A stretch of DNA of 12,491 nt. Origin: Bdellovibrionota bacterium FG-2 (GTDB lineage: Bacteria; Bdellovibrionota; UBA1018). Positions 8,133-12,491 of the stretch are shown here, piece after piece (position 1 is the first letter of the stretch; each line of letters starts with the position of its first letter). Position numbers and translations under genes: made by a program. Under the pieces are notes generated by a model. The model was not told where the DNA came from. It worked only from the letters and a program-made list of their open reading frames with translations, and did not search any database. The DNA is taken from positions 1 to 12,491 of the forward strand of contig JBBCAV010000281.1 in assembly GCA_051382305.1 (NCBI GenBank), given 5' to 3'.

Positions 8133-8462
8133 ATGCAGCCTAAGGAGGAAGTTGATCGGGTTTGGAGTCTATACGTGATCGAGTGCGACGACGGTAGCTG
8201 CTATACTGGGATCTCGCCGGATCCCGCTAAACGATTTGCAAGTCATTGCGCGGGCAAAGGTGCCGCCTATACGCGAATGCATCCACCCAAGGCGCTGCTC
8301 GTAACCGAGGTCATCGGAACTTACAGCCAAGCTTTACGCCGGGAATGGCAGGTCAAGCGACTCTCAAAGAACGCGAAACAGAAATTTGTCATGGATCCAA
8401 CGGCCTTGGCGCCTCCCTCGGCAGACGCTAAGACGTGTCTCACAGGCAAGAAAAAACGCTAA
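8133..8462 (+). CDS. GIY-YIG nuclease family protein (UPF0213, YhbQ/YazA-like)
   Basis: 109 aa. WSLYVIECDDGSCYTGIS...KRFASH...GKGAAYTR...ALRREWQVKRLS retains the Tyr, Tyr-x-Gly, Arg, His and Glu catalytic pattern. Confidence 0.92.
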   Translation: MQPKEEVDRVWSLYVIECDDGSCYTGISPDPAKRFASHCAGKGAAYTRMHPPKALLVTEVIGTYSQALRREWQVKRLSKNAKQKFVMDPTALAPPSADAKTCLTGKKKR

Positions 8463-8470
8463 GGGGCTTT

Positions 8471-9970
8471 CTATTGCACCGTATCCAGTCGCGTCTGGTC
8501 AATGAAATCATTGATGGCGGCGTGAGGAGCGTAAGCTTGCTTCCACAGTAAGAAACGCCCGATCGAATTAGAATTTCCCATCGTCCTCTTAATCCAGTTC
8601 CAGAAACCGCCGTTAAAAGGTTTTGCATTCGAGAAGAGGCTCGCAAGACCTTGGTCGAGGTCAAAAGGATCGATCGTCTTGCCTACAGCACTCAGACTTC
8701 CAAAAACGGCTCCTGCGTCATTAAATGCGATGTTAAGTCTTGTGCCATTGGCGTAGGGGCTAAAAATGTTTTTTGAGAAATTCTCTTCGGGATTTCTCCC
8801 TGTGCTAATAGCGGCATATTCGTAGCCCATTGCTGCGAGGTGACTTGCCGTCGCTGCCGACAGTGGGTCGGCCCCTTTTTGATAAGCGCTTCGAGCGAGG
8901 TAGGCCGCCAGCCAAAAATGATATAATTTTCCATAACTGCAATGACTGCTCAGCTCCTTGGGAATTCCATAAGCGTGGGCGCTCTGAAGTGTGAGGTTAT
9001 TGAGAAAACTGATTCCTGAGCTGAGGACATACAGAGCAATCATTACAGGCCCTGATTGAGTTGAAGAGAAAACATGAAGGGGATGGATCGTGGCCCCACG
9101 AGTGGCATAAATGGCGAGGAGTTTCCAAGCGTGATTTTGGGCGTCCGTCACAGATTGCCCCGAATCCATAAAGCCCTGTGTGAGGTCTGATAGGATATCA
9201 CCCGCGCCCCCGGGAGGGGGTCCCTCGCGTTCAATGGCTTGAATTTTATCGAGGACCGTGAGCGCAGCTCGTGCGGAGCCTTGAAGATAAGAGGGATCTG
9301 AGAAAACTTCCTCAAGCTCAGATAACAGGGAAACCGAGATGCCAGTGCGAATGCCTGCGCTAGTCTCGCCCGATATCCGGGGATGCATTTGTTCAAGGAT
9401 GCCGAGGAATGCGGTTTTGCAATGAGGTGCATTCGGAAAATCGGAGCAAAGATAGGTGGCACCTTTTTTTGCAATACGGAGCTGGTTTTCGTATTCTGGA
9501 AGGACAAGAAGGTCGTCGATTGCGCTATGGGTTTTTCCGACGGATTCATCAGAATACGAAGGGAGGTTGGAGGCGCTGGCTGTTTCGATAATTTGCCGCA
9601 CGGAGCGCGGGGAACCGGGAAACAATACGGCATATCGTCGGGCAAGTTCTAGCTGGTATTCAAATCCCGCCTTCTGCAAAATAGGGCTTTCGGACATTGA
9701 CAGGAACCAAGGCACTTCGCCCCTGTAGTGACCCAAAATTCCCGTGAGATATTCCTGGAGTTCATTGGAATCAGTGGCGTTCTGGACTCCGGCCTGAGCC
9801 GCAGTGTTTTGAAAAGCTAGCCCGACCAAAAAATGAGAAGTCGAAGCACAAACCGCCGGCAGATCAGTCGGTGGCGGCGCGACAGAGGTTTTCCCCATTG
9901 CCTCGGCAGTTTGGGACAGGGAGGGCGAAAGCATAAGAGCGAAGATGAAGGGAAATATGCGGCTTGCCAT
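8471..9970 (-). CDS. Hypothetical exported protein (499 aa)
   Basis: Long ORF filling the gap between neighbours. N-terminal signal-peptide-like MASRIFPFIFALMLSPSLSQTAEA with an A-x-A cleavage site. C-terminal KLYHFWLAAYL...E...N..G...G motif. Confidence 0.8.
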   Translation of the reverse strand: MASRIFPFIFALMLSPSLSQTAEAMGKTSVAPPPTDLPAVCASTSHFLVGLAFQNTAAQAGVQNATDSNELQEYLTGILGHYRGEVPWFLSMSESPILQKAGFEYQLELARRYAVLFPGSPRSVRQIIETASASNLPSYSDESVGKTHSAIDDLLVLPEYENQLRIAKKGATYLCSDFPNAPHCKTAFLGILEQMHPRISGETSAGIRTGISVSLLSELEEVFSDPSYLQGSARAALTVLDKIQAIEREGPPPGGAGDILSDLTQGFMDSGQSVTDAQNHAWKLLAIYATRGATIHPLHVFSSTQSGPVMIALYVLSSGISFLNNLTLQSAHAYGIPKELSSHCSYGKLYHFWLAAYLARSAYQKGADPLSAATASHLAAMGYEYAAISTGRNPEENFSKNIFSPYANGTRLNIAFNDAGAVFGSLSAVGKTIDPFDLDQGLASLFSNAKPFNGGFWNWIKRTMGNSNSIGRFLLWKQAYAPHAAINDFIDQTRLDTVQ

Positions 9971-10067
9971 GACTCGCGTATATCCGAGTTTAACGCCAAG
10001 CGCAATGAAGATCTTGGCAATCCAATACTTAATCTGTTAATACAAAATCCACAGGGAGATCTTTTCG

Positions 10068-10814
10068 GTGAAAAACAGCAGTTTATTCGCGTTGTCTTTG
10101 GTTTCTTTGGTCACCTCATTTTCAGTGCAGGCGGAGGATCTCACCGGGACGATCTATGCGCTGGGCAGCAATAAAACAAAGGTTTTGTACACGCTTGTTT
10201 CTAAGAGTAGCGAAGCCGGGGTTCATAAGGTTTTCTACACCCCTAAGGGCGATGTGGCCATCATTGAAGACGCAAAGTTTGCGAATGGCGAAGTGATTGA
10301 ATACTCGATTGAGCACAAACTTTTTCCAGAAAAGGGTTCCTTTAGCGTGCGCGACGGGAAAGTGAATTTCACTTACACCAAGAATGGTAAAACAGAAATC
10401 GATTCAGAAGACGTTCGACCTAACCTCACCATTGGCGTGCATCTAGTGACTTTGCTGCGCAAGAATTGGGATCTTATCATGAAGGGGGGCACACTTGAGA
10501 CCCGGTATGCGGCGTTAGAGCGAAAAGAAACAGTAGGTTTCAAATTCTTCAAAATTGAAGAAAAGCTCATGCCCGAGTTTGGGCTCAAACCCGTCGTGCT
10601 TGTTAAAATGAAGCCGACTAGCATGGTGATTTCGGCGCTGGTGGATCCGATCATTTTCATTTACGGAAAAGATGGTTCTCGCTTGCTTCAGGTTTCGGGG
10701 CGCACTCAACCCAAAATCCTCCAGGACGGAAAATGGAAGGATTTGGATGCGGATATTGTCTATACCTATGCGGCCCCCGCCGCTTTGGCCCCTGCGTTGC
10801 CCGTTCCCAAATAG
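10068..10814 (+). CDS. Hypothetical exported beta-rich protein (248 aa)
   Basis: GTG start with AGGGAG Shine-Dalgarno at 10053..10058. Sec signal peptide MKNSSLFALSLVSLVTSFSVQA with V-x-A cleavage. The mature part has alternating beta-strand patterning. Confidence 0.82.
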   Translation: MKNSSLFALSLVSLVTSFSVQAEDLTGTIYALGSNKTKVLYTLVSKSSEAGVHKVFYTPKGDVAIIEDAKFANGEVIEYSIEHKLFPEKGSFSVRDGKVNFTYTKNGKTEIDSEDVRPNLTIGVHLVTLLRKNWDLIMKGGTLETRYAALERKETVGFKFFKIEEKLMPEFGLKPVVLVKMKPTSMVISALVDPIIFIYGKDGSRLLQVSGRTQPKILQDGKWKDLDADIVYTYAAPAALAPALPVPK

Positions 10815-12353
10815 GCGTGCGCGATATATTGTTGCACCATTCGGTGCGTATTGAAGAATGATCCATTGAGTGAAATCGCACTCTGCATGACTGAAATCCA
10901 TCGGGCGCGATCTCATATTCGAGTTTGCCGTAGAGACTGTCGGCGTCTTGGAGATTTTTCCCTCCAATGGCCCATCCCGTGACACCTTCAATGTGTCCCT
11001 CAAGCCACCAGCCATCGAGCGTACTGAAACTCGGCACTCCATTGTGGGCGGCCTTCATGCCAGAAGTCCCTGAGGCCTCCATCGGCGGCAGCGGGGTAGT
11101 TAGCCAAAGATCCACGCCCGAAATTAATTGTTTTGCGAGTGTCATATCGTAATCCGCCAAATAGACAATCGGTAGTGAAGCGCCGAGTTCCTTGATTGCA
11201 TGGTAAATTTGCCGGATCGCTTCTTTGCCGCTTTCGTCTCCGGGATGCGCTTTTCCCGCGAACACGAGTTGAAGTGGAACGTTTTCTGCGATCTTCCGCA
11301 GGCGTGCGAGATCCTGAAAAATGAGAGTCGGTCTCTGGTAGGAGGTCGCGCGCCTCGCAAACCCTAGGGTTAGTTTCTCGGGTGAAAAAGCGACTCCGGT
11401 ACGGAGCAAGACTTCTGCAAGCAGGGAGTCTTTGGCAAGCTGGTGCGCTTTCCACAACTCCTCCGCCGGCGCGCTTGCCACTTTTCGTAACATGCAAGGG
11501 TCATCGCGCCATTCAGGGATGTAGCGATCAAAGAGATTCTTGATACTTTCGCATGTCCAAGTCGTGGAATGCACTCCGTTGGTCACATGATGAAAATCAT
11601 AGTTCGGAAATAGTTTCGCAGATATTTCTTCGTGTTTTCGAGCGACGCCATTGACAAAGAAACTTAAGTTTAGTGCAAGCCGAGTCATATTAAGCCGATC
11701 AGCGCCTCCGAGCATTTCAAGAATTTCTTCTGGAACCGATTGCCCGAAGACCTCTTTGACAAGCTCGTAATCGAACTGATCGTGTCCCGCAGCCACCGGT
11801 GTATGCGTCGTAAAGATGCAGCGGTTTCTGGCGTAATCGAAATCCCATGATTCGCCCGATCCGGCCGATCCCGCAACGAGGAGTTCGATTCCAGCTAGGC
11901 TTGCGTGGCCCTCATTGAGATGATATTTTTCAAGCGAGCGATACACGAGAGCCTGCAGCATCCGAACACCGCCGCTTCCTAGCACAATCTCTTGCTTTAA
12001 GCGCAGCCTTTCATCCCCTCCGTAGAGGCGATCCGTGATTCGACGGTCTTGTTCCCCATTGGACTCAAGGTCGGAATCGAGAAGAAGGATAGGCACTACA
12101 AATCCTTCGCGGCCCTTTATCTCTATTTGCCACGCACGCACCTGAACGCTTCGGCCCTCGATCATCACTTGAACTGGGGTCGCAAGGGGGAGTGCGAATG
12201 CCTCGGGCGACCAAAAAGCGGGCTGTTCACTTTGTTCTCCATTCTCATGCAAAACTTGTCTGAAATATCCGCGCCGATGCACCAACGTAACGCCCACCAC
12301 AGGCACATGGAGATCTGCGCACGAACGGAGTGCGTCGCCTGCCAGAACGCCTA
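10766..12353 (-). pseudogene. glgP: Alpha-glucan (glycogen/starch) phosphorylase pseudogene
   Basis: Motifs GVLAGD, GYFRQ, RLYGG, QEIVLG, HLNEGH, FTTHTP, TNGVH, GFARR, AGKAHP and the PLP-site EASGTSGMKAAHNG. The N-terminal YFSME...YSGGL is absent, with an in-frame TGA shortly upstream. The true C-terminus RWISVMQSAISLNGSFFNTHRMVQQYIAHAY is in a different frame (10903..10766) from the body. The track ORF 10657..12306 therefore has a false start and a false tail. Confidence 0.85.
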
Positions 12354-12491
12354 CCCGTGCGTGACGAAGGGTCTGTCAGCTATTCTGCTGCCATCGAAAG
12401 TGCCGCATCAAAGGACACTGATAAAGAACCTTCTGAATTTGCTCAACGAGCAGTACGCGAAGCAACACGGCGTGGATTTGAAAAGGCAGAG
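12351..12491 (+). mobile_element. Internal fragment of an ISKra4-family (UPF0236-like) transposase, 5'-truncated, runs off the window end
   Basis: Manual translation LPVRDEGSVSYSAAIESAASKDTDKEPSEFAQRAVREATRRGFEKAE matches my recollection of the PVRDxGSxxYSAAIESAA...FAxRxxREAxRRxF segment of ISKra4-type transposases. Not in the ORF track. Confidence 0.72.

Noticed and set aside
8141..8178. Perfect TAAGGAGG inside the GIY-YIG 5' end followed by an out-of-frame TTG mini-ORF
   Set aside because: Only 3 nt separate it from the TTG and no in-frame start follows at a usable distance. It is explained by the codons for P-K-E-E.
708..8462. SNF2 helicase plus nuclease as an anti-phage defence system (DISARM/Zorya-like)
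   Set aside because: No DNA methylase, PLD or other defence partner is present. The SNF2 is of the standalone SWIM type and is coupled to housekeeping genes.
10834..10847. Hairpin GCACC-ATTC-GGTGC as a terminator for the 248-aa gene
   Set aside because: The stem is only 5 bp with no U-tract, and it lies in conserved glgP coding sequence (HRMVQ).
10657..12306. 549-aa ORF as an intact phosphorylase with a novel C-terminal extension
   Set aside because: The GTG start is internal (GVLAGDALRSCADLH precedes it in frame), and the tail after EIAP is out-of-frame read-through antisense to the 10068..10814 gene.
1..12491. CRISPR array, tRNA, rRNA or long tandem repeats
   Set aside because: The window is almost fully coding, with intergenic gaps under 100 bp. 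I saw no periodic repeat or cloverleaf by eye.

Overview
A bacterial chromosomal window. The style of the exported orphan proteins suggests Bdellovibrionota/Oligoflexia, but that is inference only. The core is a translationally coupled minus-strand operon, ileS (eukaryote-like type-2 IleRS) - trmO/tsaA - SWIM-SNF2 helicase, joined by 4-bp ATGA overlaps. A small GIY-YIG (UPF0213) nuclease gene is transcribed divergently from it through back-to-back sigma70-like promoters. Two exported hypothetical proteins follow. Both window ends show mobile-element damage that the ORF track misses. On the left, the C-terminus and right end of an IS66-family element (ending TTAC at 96) sit inside an ABC1/UbiB-like kinase gene just before its DFG motif. 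On the right, an alpha-glucan phosphorylase pseudogene (5' truncation, a Lys->Gln change in the YKR motif, and a frameshifting deletion) is fused directly to an internal fragment of an ISKra4-like transposase on the opposite strand. I found no CRISPR array, RNA gene or clearly novel multi-gene system. The best leads are the tRNA-A37-centred gene linkage and an orphan secreted protein with a VanZ/YfiM-like motif.
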